A stretch of 52,586 nt of DNA, taken from positions 1 to 52,586 of the forward strand of contig NKIB01013733.1 of NCBI GenBank assembly GCA_002256025.1, given 5' to 3'. The notes beneath the pieces were generated by a model. That model saw only the letters and a program-made list of their open reading frames with translations. It made no database searches and was not told where the DNA came from. Position numbers and translations under genes: made by a program. Shown piece by piece: positions 36,360 to 47,581 of the stretch (position 1 is the stretch's first letter; each line of letters begins with the position of its first letter). This DNA comes from Asterionella formosa (taxonomy: Eukaryota).

Positions 36360-37697
36360 CTATTCCTCCCCATCATCCATACTGGTAGTTGTATTATGGT
36401 CCTCTGAACTTTGCTTACGTCTTGCATCATCCACAACTTTGTTAGCTTGATCAGCGTCAAACCCTTTGGTTCCGCCTTTGTCAATGTCCAAGTCCTTCTC
36501 GTGCAAGAATTTTGTATGCATATACTCTCCTTCCCCTAATTTGAACCTCAGTTCTGACTTCTCTAAATCAATACACCCGTTATGTCGCTTCAGCATGTCC
36601 AATCCCAAAAGGCATCCCATGCTGGCATTTTCCATTACAGTGATTGTGCAAGGAAAGTAGGAACCTTCGATCTGTAGGCCCACCAAGTGGACGCGTCCAA
36701 GAATTTTGCCAGTCCCAACACCGACCGCAATTCCTTCGAATCTTGTGTCAATTAAGTGGTCGATTCCACATTCTTTGGCTAATTCTTGACTCATGATAGT
36801 CGACTGAGCCCCGCTGTCGACGAATGCTTGAATGGGATGGCCATTGACCTTGGCTGACACATACAGCATCAAGATTCGGCCAAGTGATTCAGGGAACTCT
36901 TGTTGCATTTGAAAGTATTGTTGTTGAATAAGAGACGTCGATTCCTTCTTCAGAAAGTATGCCTTGGCCTCGGGATCATTTGCGTCGATTTCTAGTTTGC
37001 GCTTCATGGCCAGTTCTTCGTTTCGCTTTTCGGTGACACGAATGGCACTGCGAATTCCGCCTTTGACGATTTCATCTCTCCAAATAGTAGTGGCCTCTGA
37101 AATTGATGCGTGTTTCAGTTTTTCGGCGAGTGTTGGGCGGTAGAAGTGGAGTTCTTTCATTAGTGTATCCTTACTATACAAGAGTTCGATAAAGGTGCGA
37201 GGATGTGGATTGTATTGCATTGCTTCTTCCAAGTTCATATTATTGTAGTAAACTGGACCAGGTGTTTGGTTCGCATAACCGGTAGATGAAGTGGTAGAGG
37301 CAAGAAGGTTGGAGAAGTTTAGTCCTCCCGGAGCAGTAGTAATAGCGGCGTTGGTGGCAGGAGCATAGCTACTAGCTGTGGCCAACAACGAACTGAAATC
37401 CAATGACCCATTGATTTGTGAAATTCCTTGCGAGCTTACTTCTACAATTGCCCTTCGGTCAGAATGAACCAAGAGCACGTCACCATGAATCACTCCGGCT
37501 TGCGCAATCGAATGATTGATGTTCAATAATTGTCCATCCTTCAACAGTTCCAAATTATCTCCAGACAAACCCAGCAGAGCCTTGGCATATTCCAGCACTT
37601 CGGAAAGGAGTGTTACTCTACCAACAGGAAGGCTCTCGGATGCTCCGCTCCTGGTAGCAATGGTGATCGTAATTTCCCCGTTGTCTGTAGATGACAT
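36360..37697 (-). CDS. DDI1: DNA damage-inducible protein 1 (UBL + helical domain + retroviral-type aspartic protease)
   Basis: N-terminal ubiquitin-like segment; MLYVSAKVNGHPIQAFVDSGAQSTIMS..CGIDHLIDTRFEGIAVGVGTGKILGRVH..LLGLDMLKRH. First ATG at 37697. No C-terminal UBA is visible. Confidence 0.95.
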   Translation of the reverse strand: MSSTDNGEITITIATRSGASESLPVGRVTLLSEVLEYAKALLGLSGDNLELLKDGQLLNINHSIAQAGVIHGDVLLVHSDRRAIVEVSSQGISQINGSLDFSSLLATASSYAPATNAAITTAPGGLNFSNLLASTTSSTGYANQTPGPVYYNNMNLEEAMQYNPHPRTFIELLYSKDTLMKELHFYRPTLAEKLKHASISEATTIWRDEIVKGGIRSAIRVTEKRNEELAMKRKLEIDANDPEAKAYFLKKESTSLIQQQYFQMQQEFPESLGRILMLYVSAKVNGHPIQAFVDSGAQSTIMSQELAKECGIDHLIDTRFEGIAVGVGTGKILGRVHLVGLQIEGSYFPCTITVMENASMGCLLGLDMLKRHNGCIDLEKSELRFKLGEGEYMHTKFLHEKDLDIDKGGTKGFDADQANKVVDDARRKQSSEDHNTTTSMDDGEE

Positions 37698-38079
37698 GAT
37701 GAAATACTTCTTGTGGATAGAGTGGACACTGCACAATCGATTACAACCTAAATGAGAAACATAAGAAGAATAAAACCATAATGATGTGCTCTAAACCAGT
37801 ACGGTAATGGAAGACATAATATAGACTTATTGTCTATTTATATAAGAATAGGTAAAATACCACAAGCTATATGTCGGTATTGTTCGTTTATAAACATTTT
37901 CGGGCAGCGGCAGCACAATGGGGGGCCAGTATTGAGAAGTAGTACTATACTTGTACCTGTGGTACATACTAACGGTACCAGGTACCTGGTTGTCAACCGG
38001 TATTGTCCTATTGTCTACTATTGATGTCCGGTTGGTACCCTGGTACCTGGTACCAGGTAGGAGTTCGAGTTACCAGGTA

Positions 38080-38105
38080 CCTGAAAGTTGCGCTAGTCTT
38101 GCTGA
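38080..38105 (+). mobile_element. Diverged TIR of the 21154 MITE family
   Basis: TACCAGGTA|CCTGAAAGTTGCGCTAGTCTTGCTGA. Confidence 0.5.
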
Positions 38106-38241
38106 CATCACTATCTCAGCGATACACAGTGTAGTCGCACCTTTGACCCAATACTTAGTGCAATATGCTCCTGGCCAGCGCATAATGCTGTTAACTTTCA
38201 TTTGTGGCATGATTTTGAAAAAGGTTTTAAGCTCTAAATAT

Positions 38242-38417
38242 GATCATTTTGGCAGATAAAGCAAAATGTTTTGATTTGGCAGATAAAGTGAACTTTACTC
38301 AAATCGAGCATTAAATGTTTACATTGAGTCCTCATTGGGTCATTATTCGATTCATTCAAGTAAAGCTCAATTTATCTGCCAAATCAAAACTTTTTTGCTA
38401 AATCTGCCAATTTGAAC
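38242..38417. repeat. Foldback element: ~58-bp inverted arms, each with two TTGGCAGAT motifs
   Basis: GATCATTTTGGCAGATAAAGCAAAATGTTTTGATTTGGCAGATAAAGTGAACTTTACT pairs with AGTAAAGCTCAATTTATCTGCCAAATCAAAACTTTTTTGCTAAATCTGCCAATTTGAAC. Confidence 0.88.
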
Positions 38418-41400
38418 AAAACAACCAATATTCATCTACTGGTACTGTCTCAGCCAGCAAAATGAAGTAAGGTTGCCGAAACTAACAAGAAGCATGCTGT
38501 ACTTGGAGTGCGTGGTATCTCACATACGTTGGAATATAAAGGTCCTTCATATTGCTGGATGCAAATTCCAGAAACACAGGATAGCCTTGCGTAGGCCTGG
38601 AATTTCAATAAACCGTAACCCTAAATATTTTTCTCACACCTAATATTGCTAGCAAAATCCCGATCGCCATGGTGCTCACATGTCCTTGCTTTCCTCTTGG
38701 CTGTTGTCGTTGCGCTCAGCCCCTTCAAGGCACGGTTATAGCATTGTCATTGTCCAGATGAGTAGGAACTTCTCCTTGAAGCGGCTGCCACATATTACGG
38801 TATTAATTTTGACATGCTTCACATTTGTCGGCCAATATATAACTCGTAGAAAAATTGATATTTTTATCTAAAATCGACCTCGCATCATTCTATTCCGAAA
38901 GAATGCAGACGAGCGCAAAGTACTCGACGAAACTGCACCAAAAACCTCATCTCCAGGTTCATTGTTCTTTTTGCGTTCATCTCCGGGGCTTGTGTTCATG
39001 TGCATTGCCATGCAACTTTCGCCGTAATCAAACATTTGAAAAAGTCAGGATGTATTCGCCTATTTTTCCTATAGGTGAAACTTGGTCGAGTTTGACCGAA
39101 ATTATATTGGAGAGTCTTTACAAGGCCAATTGTACTTTATGTTACTTCTTTCTTTTTTGGAAAAATCGGCCATTGAGATATCCCTCGAGAAAAATATAGC
39201 ACAATACAACCATTAGCAATGTGAAATCAATCAGCTGCTCAACAATGGTGGTGTTTTTGGTTGCATCGGTGAACTAATCAACAGGTGTAATGACAACAAA
39301 CTATATGAATTCATGATAAGATAGTTTGACATGTTTGGGCACTTTGACAATCTGATGAGTCTGTATGCCGTTTGCTTAACAATTTGCTTGCAATGACATT
39401 CCAAATATTTATCTGCTCTCAACAATTCATCTGTGAATCAAATATGCCACTCCTGCATTGCTACTATAACTGTCTATTGAACTACCCATTTGTTGTTTCC
39501 CCTGTCCCTGGCTGCTGATCTGTTGATTGTAGCGCTGCTTGAAATCGTCGCCGATTGGTTCCTTGCCTGGTTGCCGATGTCCTCGTCCTTGAAGGAGGTT
39601 TCTTTGACTTTCATTATGCCAGTTTTCTTGCAAATCATCCCATTTCTCAAATTATTATCTCTGCTTCCGCAAAAAAGAGGGGGTAGAAAATGGACAACTG
39701 GAGTGATATTCTGGTGGACAAAAATGTGCTACAATATATGGTGCTGGTCAGCTGGTTGTCACGTACTGTTAAGAGGTACTTCTGTTTGTTTTCCAAATGA
39801 GGGTCTACAAGTAATATTCCCTCACCTCCAAGTGGCTACCTAAACCAACAATCAACCTGTGGGATTCCACGCAACATCAAATAATACAAACGAGATAAAA
39901 AGGGTGACAAGGATGACAATGACGACATTTCAGGTAATGAGTGACGATGCAATATTTATGATCCATTGTTCCCTGTGCATTAGTAATAGTTTTACCGTGC
40001 GTGTTGTAGTTCTCAGAGGGAGAACGAAGTCTACGAAGTTTTCTACGTAAGAATATATGTGATTTTTTAAAACGCATTGTTTTAAGTATGCCGACCCTCG
40101 CTCTGCGCATAGAAAAATGTTATGTTTTCTACCTAATCCGTCCTAAAATAAGCTGCTAGGCACCAGGGTTTAGAAAAAATCGATGAAACTAATACTCAGA
40201 GGGAGTACCAGGTACCTTAAAGATAGTAAGCAAAGTCTGCATCATGACAATGATAATCTCTTGGACAAGCAAGGTCTTCATGACAAAGCAGACACTTCTC
40301 CTGATTCTTCTAATGTTGAGCATTTTCGTTTCAGTAACATTCAGTTTTTTATCATAACATCACTTAATGACTTTGTGTGAGATGATATTTGCTCATGCAG
40401 TGCATTTTTTGTTTGGGATTTCCTCGTCGTAGCTCCATTGATACATGGATAAATACTACAAAAGATTGAAATTTTGTGTATTCTGTTGCTAGCCAGTCCA
40501 GCAGTCTACCAGTATTATAGCTATATGTAGAGTACTACTGCATTGCTAGCTAGGAGTTCTATCAATATTAGTTTTTGTTGATTCTCAGTAAAAGATACAC
40601 TGTCATGTATGGTGCTGGGTCTGTTATTCGAAATGTGATGCCTAGAAGCCTGGCAAATAATTGATCCAACCTATCAGGGATGAAGGGAGGATGTGACGCA
40701 ATGGCAATATGAAGTGTTAATGAAGTGCGGCATTGATGACATAAAATTGACCGCATTGGATGGGTACTGGGCATCTACTGCCTATTGCCTGTCAGGCAAT
40801 GGACATGGTGTATGAAAAGGTAAGAATTCTAAAGTAAAAGGCTGCCAAAAATACCAGATGCCAGAGGGTTTTTCTTCTTATCATACATATACTCTGGTTC
40901 AGAAAACAATACTAGTAGATCCACTGTCTGGGACCCAAAAGCTCTGTGTGATTTCAATGCCAGCCAAGAGTGGGTAAAAGATATCAAGAAGAACCGTATT
41001 AGCGATGCCAATGAAATTCTATGCTCGGGAGTCACATGCAAGAAATCCTTTGCAGCTGTCAGTAATCCTTGACAAGATGTCCTACACAGCACAAGACCAA
41101 GACCAAAACCGATTCCATGACCAAAGGAACCAGGTCACATTTGACCTTAGTTAATGCACGACTTATGCCTGCTGGTGGTACTCCGAGCCTGATAGTCTGT
41201 TGCGCGGACGATAGCTTTGCCTGCTCGTTGTCATCAATCTTCAAGGCAATTCCTCCTTCCTTGGTACTGCTTCTTTCTCTCGATCTCATGTGAGCTTATT
41301 GATGAACAAGCCTTGAGAACGATGACGCGAAAAAAATTGCGACGCTTAAGATTCGATTCTCCTGGTGGTAAACACCACATGGTTTTACTGGTACACAGTA

Positions 41401-41615
41401 TAATTGTAATCCAATGATATTATTTTTCGAAACTTAAGTACTACAGAGTACCGGTATTATCTAGTCTACGATATATATATCGAATTATTTTTTAAACAAC
41501 CACGTGACGAAATATCACACAAAATGCATCCTAATTAGTTGGAGATCTGCACATGGCTTGTCGATGAATAACACCAAGTGCTCATAAATTTGATTCTATA
41601 TTTCTGAAAACGATA

Positions 41616-42041
41616 TTGGGTTCTGCTTTGGCCCCTTCACTTGTTGTATACCATTTTTCCTGCGTCACTCCTACGATCATGACGACAACAATGCCGGGAT
41701 CCCTTCCTCCAAGAACGCTGACTTTTGCTCCTAGCCAATCTCCTTCTACTGAACTTTTTCTAAGCGGGCTTCCCATCTGGGAGCATGCTAACTCCTCACC
41801 TGTTGATACTCCTGTCTGGGGACAACTTGACAAAGAGAACGATGGTAATCCGTTTTATGGTTCGCATCATGGGTACAAAGCCAAAGTAACGCTTGCTCCC
41901 ATCATGTCCAGCACCATTGCATTGGCAACCAACGAATCATTGTATACAACCATAGCGCTGCAAGATGCTTCGATTGCCGCAGCAAGTCCTGGAACGTGGT
42001 GGTCGATTGCCGTAGCAATAGTGCTGGTGCAGTTCTTGTGA
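41616..42041 (+). CDS. Small P/S/T-rich protein with C-terminal hydrophobic tail (possible GPI-anchored surface protein); start uncertain
   Basis: APSQSPS motif and C-terminus SIAAASPGTWWSIAVAIVLVQFL. No in-frame ATG precedes the signal-like segment, so it may be partial or a pseudogene. Confidence 0.4.
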   Translation: MGSALAPSLVVYHFSCVTPTIMTTTMPGSLPPRTLTFAPSQSPSTELFLSGLPIWEHANSSPVDTPVWGQLDKENDGNPFYGSHHGYKAKVTLAPIMSSTIALATNESLYTTIALQDASIAAASPGTWWSIAVAIVLVQFL

Positions 42042-42680
42042 CGATTTTTAAGGGACAATATGAAAAGGAGGGGAGGGGGGGAAGTTCGAAAGAACTTCAA
42101 TGAACTCCCATGTATTCCAATTGAGTTTTGGTTTTTGGCTGTCAGTCTAAAGATTAATGAAGCGAATCCTACCAAGTAGAATATGAACCACATGTATCTT
42201 TTTAAACTGATCTATCGGTAGAAGCGAACATAATTCACTTTTACTTCATAAATGATTTTTGCATCATGATCACCTGACGGAGTAACAAAAGACGAAACAT
42301 TGATCATAATTGCGTTGGCAATAATAAGGCAGGCATCAGCCAACTTGAATGTACCTGATCAAATTGCCATTTCTCACTTAGTGGTGAAAACCAAGCGCAC
42401 CGGTATGATTGCATATTTCGTTCCTTACTTTAGCAGGCGAGAGTGCATCGATTGCCACTGGAGTAAGAAAGAAAAATCATGTGAAACGCCAAGGAACAAC
42501 ATTAAATGAGCCCGCAGTTGGGGACTTTCGGGTGAAAGTGTTGAGGAGGGTATTGCAATCTTGGTATTGTTGCTTGCCTTGAGAGGAAATGATATGCATC
42601 GCGAACTGTTTCTTAGAATACCGGGTTGGCATTCCATATAATACGACTTTTACTCTTGCACTGCCTCGACATAAAATGTT

Positions 42681-43550
42681 TCATTCTTCACAACACCAAA
42701 TATTCAATCCCAGCTTTGTCGTGATACCAGTCACAGGCTCTCCAGCATGAATCGTCCTTGGATCTGGCATTCCATTTTCCAGAATATTACAAAATACCAC
42801 GGCTCTCCCTCGTTTGGGCCTAACCCGCAAATCTCCGCAAGCTGGAAAGTGTGTGCATCCACCGTCCGACAAATCATTCAAGTAACAGAAGATGGTTACG
42901 AGTCGTCGCCGAGTCCATGGCTGTCTTGGTGGCAATTCCACACTCCCATCGTCAAAAAGCGATCCCAAGTCATGATGAATGCCGAAAAACTGACCTTGAC
43001 GATATCTCACCAATTGTAAAGGTTCAATGGCGAGTGTGGAAACACCCAACAGATCCGCTGCCTTCCGTTCGATGGACGCCACCTTGGCATTCGCCAGCTT
43101 TGTGAGGGAAAGGAAGGTAGAGGTGCGTTGTTCCGTGTCGACCACGGATTTCTGTTCGTCAGTGTCAACAAATGATTTCTTAAAGATTGATTTTTCGGAC
43201 TCTGTTTCGAGATAGGTAAGCTCTGATTCGGATAAGAACCCGTCAACCGTGTAAATATTGGGTGACCAATGCAGTTGGTTCAAGGTAAGCTTCTTGCACG
43301 AATGAGAAAAATCACTCAGCTTTTGACGCTTGGATCCAAAATCTTCGTCCGAATGCGTTTCTGTCTGCCAGAAGAGTTGATGGAGGCGACGCAAATGCAA
43401 GGTGGAAATCTTGTCCCGGTTGCGACCGGATCGTCGGACTCCCGGATGATTTGCTCTGAGATTGCGCTCGATTTCGCTTTCTTCTGCCATGGAAAGCGTC
43501 AGTGGATTATCAGTTGTGACCTTGGGTATAAGCTCCATAGAGGGAGACAT
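42681..43550 (-). CDS. Prolyl 4-hydroxylase-like 2OG-Fe(II) dioxygenase
   Basis: PNIYTVDGFLSESE, RTSTF, EPLQLVRYRQGQFFGIHHD (HxD), TIFCYLND..GGCTHFP, PKRGRAVVF, TIHAGEPV (distal His), KLGLNIW (2OG-binding Lys). Confidence 0.93.
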   Translation of the reverse strand: MSPSMELIPKVTTDNPLTLSMAEESEIERNLRANHPGVRRSGRNRDKISTLHLRRLHQLFWQTETHSDEDFGSKRQKLSDFSHSCKKLTLNQLHWSPNIYTVDGFLSESELTYLETESEKSIFKKSFVDTDEQKSVVDTEQRTSTFLSLTKLANAKVASIERKAADLLGVSTLAIEPLQLVRYRQGQFFGIHHDLGSLFDDGSVELPPRQPWTRRRLVTIFCYLNDLSDGGCTHFPACGDLRVRPKRGRAVVFCNILENGMPDPRTIHAGEPVTGITTKLGLNIWCCEE

Positions 43551-43859
43551 CAGAGCAAAAATGAATGAAGGAGGCGCAAACCATTACCGGTACTGTAGTC
43601 ACATCTTTATTTTTCATCAGAACAAACGGCCGAGCAGGACAAATTTTTCGCTACTATGTACTACCTTACCGGTATGTATTTTCGTGAGCTTCTACGGTAC
43701 AATTGTTCCTACCGAATTATTTTTATGCAACCAGCCGTCTTCGTACCTTTCTTATACAGCGCGCGAGTAAACTGCTCTATGGCATGTAAAACATATTTAT
43801 TTAGTTTCTACTTCATGCTTATTACCGGTATACTCTTTCCAAAAATATATAATACTAAA

Positions 43860-43890
43860 TAGTCCGCATTAGTGTGGAGTGCGCGGACTA
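43860..43890. repeat. Short hairpin TAGTCCGC...GCGGACTA
   Basis: 8-9-bp perfect inverted repeat about 310 bp upstream of the P4H start. Confidence 0.6.
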
Positions 43891-45588
43891 TAAGTAGAAT
43901 CCAAAGAAATTATTGTCAATCACGTGAGGATTGAACACAAGAACAAATCTGTCAAGATTTAGTACATACTGCGTGCACATTAATTCAGTCGAAATAATCA
44001 ATCTTGAAATATATTCGAGCCAAAATCCCCTATTGAAATACTGTGAGAATTTGAACAGCATTGATTGCCAAGAACTATATCAGCAAACCAAGGTTAATAT
44101 TTAAATGGAGAATGTTCTAAGTAATCAATATTTCATTGAAGGAAAGGTATATAAGTAATGCAAATAGCATTGAATATGCACAATTGTTCCACTAAGTGAG
44201 TGGAGTGGAGTGGAGTTGAGTTGTCAGTTGAGAATTGAATGTCTAACAGCAGAATGAACATCTATTTACAAATTTGGGAAGAGAACCTTAATAATTGGTC
44301 ATGTGAATGATTACAAGATAGATCAAAGAAGCTCACAATAAGGTGGGATTAGAACAGAAGATTTTAGTACACTGAGCTTGTCTTGTAAGAGCTAGCATAG
44401 CAGTCAGGCTGCAGAAGAATTTAAGGCAAATCATCATCAGCCCATGAAATATCATGCCAGAATATATTCGGATGTAGATATCAAATCGATTTGGTTCATT
44501 GCCCACTCATACCAGTACACACAACAAGAGCATGTTCACTTACTACATATTGAATTATTCTTATTGGATGCCACCACACAACCTATGGTGGGTGCTACTG
44601 GTAGACTACTGGCACTATCACATGTGACTAATATTTTACTGTTTTAACACTGTTTGTTGCCATGGGCGTTATTTGGCCCTAGCGATCGTTCTGTTGTTCC
44701 ACAGACTAAATGTATTCCGTCGTCCGGTAATAGCGAAAAAATCATTTTTTTCCAAACCGACGAACCATCCAAAGGAGCGCTGCTGCAAACGGAAAACTCG
44801 TCACAGAATGAGGTAGTACGCCCTTTTTGTTCATTATTGAGATTGTCATATCAGCGAAATCAGCAGCGTCCATCATTTCATCCAAAGCCTTGATTGGTAG
44901 TACCCGTTGAGCATCGCAATGAATTAGTGCTTCAACAAGGGAATCCACACGGGACAGGTGCAGTCGTGCGTGTGCGCAAGTATCGAGAGACAACAGCTTC
45001 CGGAGAGTTGCATGGCCGAGGATACTTCCGGACTCTTCTGGGGGCTGGCGGGGTTTTGGTTGGCGCTGAGATTGCGGACGGATAGAAAGGCCAAGAGAAC
45101 GATGGGTAGACATATTTTGCTGTAGGAGGGAGAACACAAGTCTTCGATTTGGATACCGAGCATTTGTAGGAGGAAGCAAAGGATGACGAGCCGAACTGTC
45201 ACCGCGTCCCATGATTGCTGTAGATGAAAGGTGAGCATTGTCGCAACGGCTTGACTCGCGGGGAATTTTATGATCAAGAACGGTGAAAATAAACATTCTT
45301 CCGTATGCCGTTAGTGACATATCAACACCATTCAGACTTTCGAAACGTCTCGGCGTGGATCGTTTTGTGGACCGACATCGCTAGTAATCATCAATCGTGA
45401 TGGTGACGCAAGTGATCACGTTGCCTTTTGTCGATCAGACCAGTTCAGTCCACAAGCATCATTGAACAGCCGTCTATAATATATTTTATTTAGACTACCT
45501 GGGACCGTTATGCATAGACTTTATTTACAGATGTAGTCTACCTGCATGTACCCAGTGTAGCAGTTAGAAATATCGACCCTCGGGAACT

Positions 45589-47037
45589 TTACATTATCAG
45601 GCCACTGCTAGTGCATCGGAGGTTTGCTAGTTGATATGCTGCTATCGTTCCTTTCTTGGCACCCAACAACAATTCTCGTTTGGGATACCATGGTCCAATA
45701 CGAGGCAGTTCCACCATTCGCACATCATAGTCAAGTTCCTTCGCCCATTCTAATCGATCTAATTCCACAAGTTGCTTGGCCCTACGACCACGACTCTGTC
45801 TATCACGTTCGTCGTCTGGTACTTCTTGAGTAGGAGATACTCCATAGTCTGCAGCGGCGGCCAATAACTGATATTCGGAACGTTTTATTCTCATGGAGAG
45901 CCGTTGGGACCGTGGGTATGACAGTATCATGTTGTTGTTCTTTATTGTATTGTTGCTTCGTAGGGATGCCTCGAATTTTCCAATGCAACAAGGAGAAATG
46001 GCAAAGGGTATCGAATGAGAAATAGCCACTGCCATGGCCCAATCGGATGCGGATCCACATGCATGCAGTGACACAACTGCTGAGCAATTGGCAATGGTGT
46101 CGAGGGTTTGTATCTCCTGTTGCATTGTTTCCACCTTTCCCCCTCCATCTGCGGTACTCTTTTGTCTCAACAATTCCAGTGCATGTCCATCCATGTCTAC
46201 ACCAACAACAACACACCCTTGGTCTTGAAGAAACCATGCCAAAGGAAGAGTCAGATGACCCGTGCCGCAACCCAAATCAGCCACTCTCCTAAATTGTTGT
46301 TGCTCTGGTTCCAGTAAAAGGGCACTTTGAAGGACAAAGAGGAACGCTTCCACTGCCGCTTGCTTTCGAAGGCCTCGTGATGCAGGCAAACTTCGCAGGG
46401 GATCAAAGGGACAATTCGACCAATCCAGTTTCGGAGCATCCAGCACAGGCATATTTTCAAAGAGGTGGTGGCTCATGGTCAACGACGCCGATTGAATGAC
46501 TTGCTGGGTCACTTCAATACGTCTGAGTCGATTTCTTGCCGCACTTTGGGCTCGTCGTTGTTGTTTCTGGATGTTGGGAGGTGCTGTTGCTATAATTGGT
46601 TCTTTCTCCTTTGGGGGTGTCCAGGCCCATCTCACTCGCCATGTCATGTTGTGGGCTGTCGCCAGTTCCATGCCAACAAGGGCCTCGTGGTGTGTGGCGA
46701 ATGCCATGGTGGCACTTCCTCCATGATGTTTCCCTTGGTCGCGTAGTTTGAGTTTTATGGGCGTCACATCAATGACTACCCGGTTCCCTACAATAGCATG
46801 CATCATGGAAGTCACCTTTTCTACGGGGCAGTTCCAATCCAAATTTCCCACATGGACTGTGCATTGTTCACTCGATGATGGGGACTTGTGCTGGATGTTC
46901 GGAAGGTTTTTGTTCCGAGGTTCCGGTTCCGGGCTATTGTGATACGAGCGAGCCGAAGCAACAGAAAGACACAAGGCAGCAGAGAATGGAAGAAAAGGAG
47001 GAAACAACGATATAGCAACAACTTTTAGCCACGACAT
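45589..47037 (-). CDS. SAM-dependent methyltransferase (Methyltransf_32/GSTCD-like) with N-terminal signal peptide and RRM-like domain
   Basis: TVHVGNLDW (RNP2-like)..GSATMAFATHHEA (RNP1-like); VADLGCGTGHLTLPLA (motif I), VVGVDMD, VSLHACGSASD, SPCCIGK. First ATG at 47037. Confidence 0.88.
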   Translation of the reverse strand: MSWLKVVAISLFPPFLPFSAALCLSVASARSYHNSPEPEPRNKNLPNIQHKSPSSSEQCTVHVGNLDWNCPVEKVTSMMHAIVGNRVVIDVTPIKLKLRDQGKHHGGSATMAFATHHEALVGMELATAHNMTWRVRWAWTPPKEKEPIIATAPPNIQKQQRRAQSAARNRLRRIEVTQQVIQSASLTMSHHLFENMPVLDAPKLDWSNCPFDPLRSLPASRGLRKQAAVEAFLFVLQSALLLEPEQQQFRRVADLGCGTGHLTLPLAWFLQDQGCVVVGVDMDGHALELLRQKSTADGGGKVETMQQEIQTLDTIANCSAVVSLHACGSASDWAMAVAISHSIPFAISPCCIGKFEASLRSNNTIKNNNMILSYPRSQRLSMRIKRSEYQLLAAAADYGVSPTQEVPDDERDRQSRGRRAKQLVELDRLEWAKELDYDVRMVELPRIGPWYPKRELLLGAKKGTIAAYQLANLRCTSSGLIM

Positions 47038-47269
47038 TGAGGACGGCGAGTTTGTTTGACGGAATGCTGAAGGCAATACAGGCCCAAGGTGGTGTCATGT
47101 GCCGGTATACGAGAAAGAATGTAAAAGTGAGCTCATCTACCGGTACGTAGTTAGGACTCCGAGTCAAACGAGTCAAACAATTCGAATGAGTCAACTTTGA
47201 TGTACCAAGCTCTCATCAACAACACCTGCATTATACCTTGTTACTCTGCCTATAATGAGCCGGACGATA

Positions 47270-47552
47270 TAAGCTATTTCGGAAGACCGATAGTTTGAAA
47301 TTGAATGATCATGGTTAAAAAACTATGATCAGTAAGTGTGAGATAGACATGGGTCTATCTATGATTGTATGTTTCTAGAAATGCAAACAGCGTTTGGAGA
47401 ATAGTTGGTTTGTTTGTTCAAACAGAACAACCTAAACTAGATTACTAGTAAACTCACAATAAGAATATAGAAACGGAAAGAGAAACAAACGTCTCTATCT
47501 ACAGTCTTCTTTGTCTAACAATGTAGATCTATTAAAAAGGTAATACTTTAAC
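47270..47552 (+). repeat. Probable 5' LTR of the copia element; boundaries uncertain
   Basis: Non-coding stretch directly upstream of gag, ending in ..TTAACA. There is no second LTR in the window to confirm it, and no clear PBS. Confidence 0.35.
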
Positions 47553-47581
47553 ATGTTTATAAATAAACTTGAGTGTTTAAC

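Noticed and set aside
40560..41290. Possible LINE ORF2 remnant on the minus strand (similar hint at 23460-23940)
   Set aside because: The motif resemblance is too faint to support without a search.
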